A stretch of 64,000 bases of DNA, taken from positions 1,364,001 to 1,428,000 of the forward strand of contig NC_086098.1 of assembly GCF_963921235.1 (NCBI RefSeq), written 5' to 3'. The position numbers and the translations under genes are program-made. The DNA is from Mobula hypostoma (taxonomy: Eukaryota). Shown here piece after piece: positions 63,845-64,000 of this stretch. Below the pieces are notes generated by a model. The model worked only from the letters and a program-made list of their open reading frames with translations, had not been told where the DNA came from and did no database searches. The stretch's first letter is position 1. Each line of letters begins with the position of its first letter.

Positions 63845-63970
63845 ATGTTTGTATGTGTATACCTGAGTGTGGCCATCTCTGTGTGTGCATGAGTAAGTGA
63901 GAGCGTGTGTATGTGAGTATGACTGTGTGTGGGTTATTGTGTGTGTGAATATGTTTTGTGTACATGTGAG
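63845..63970. repeat. TG-rich low-complexity sequence
   Basis: Seen directly. Confidence 0.8.
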
Positions 63971-64000
63971 GAAGAAACAAGGGGGTCTTTTCTGGTTGGC

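Overview
Eukaryotic, almost entirely retroelement-derived DNA. It is most likely from a cartilaginous fish: this is an inference from the HER1-like CR1 tails and the Rex/Babar, L1, Penelope and Gypsy mix, and was not checked against a database. No intact host gene, rRNA, true tRNA gene or CRISPR array is evident. The background is a degenerate 29-bp AT-rich satellite, which flips orientation between ~12.85 kb and ~37.65 kb, plus TG-rich low-complexity DNA. Inserted into it are many CR1 LINE copies, two full-length but disrupted L1 elements with TSDs, Rex/Babar-like and RTE fragments, Penelope-like elements carrying minimal hammerhead ribozymes, a tRNA-derived SINE and four kinds of Gypsy LTR element (Gmr1-like, PNMA-gag-like, Mag-like, sushi-like). 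The most striking structure is one ~0.8-kb LTR expanded to ~17.9 kb (17454-35368) by an L1, a CR1 that itself contains a second L1, and a Penelope element, most with readable TSDs. Nearby paralogous copies of this locus preserve different insertion states. A 2.6-kb solo-LTR-like insert holds a 35-bp array with higher-order structure. I found nothing I can defend as a wholly new biological system. Boundaries without TSDs are approximate.
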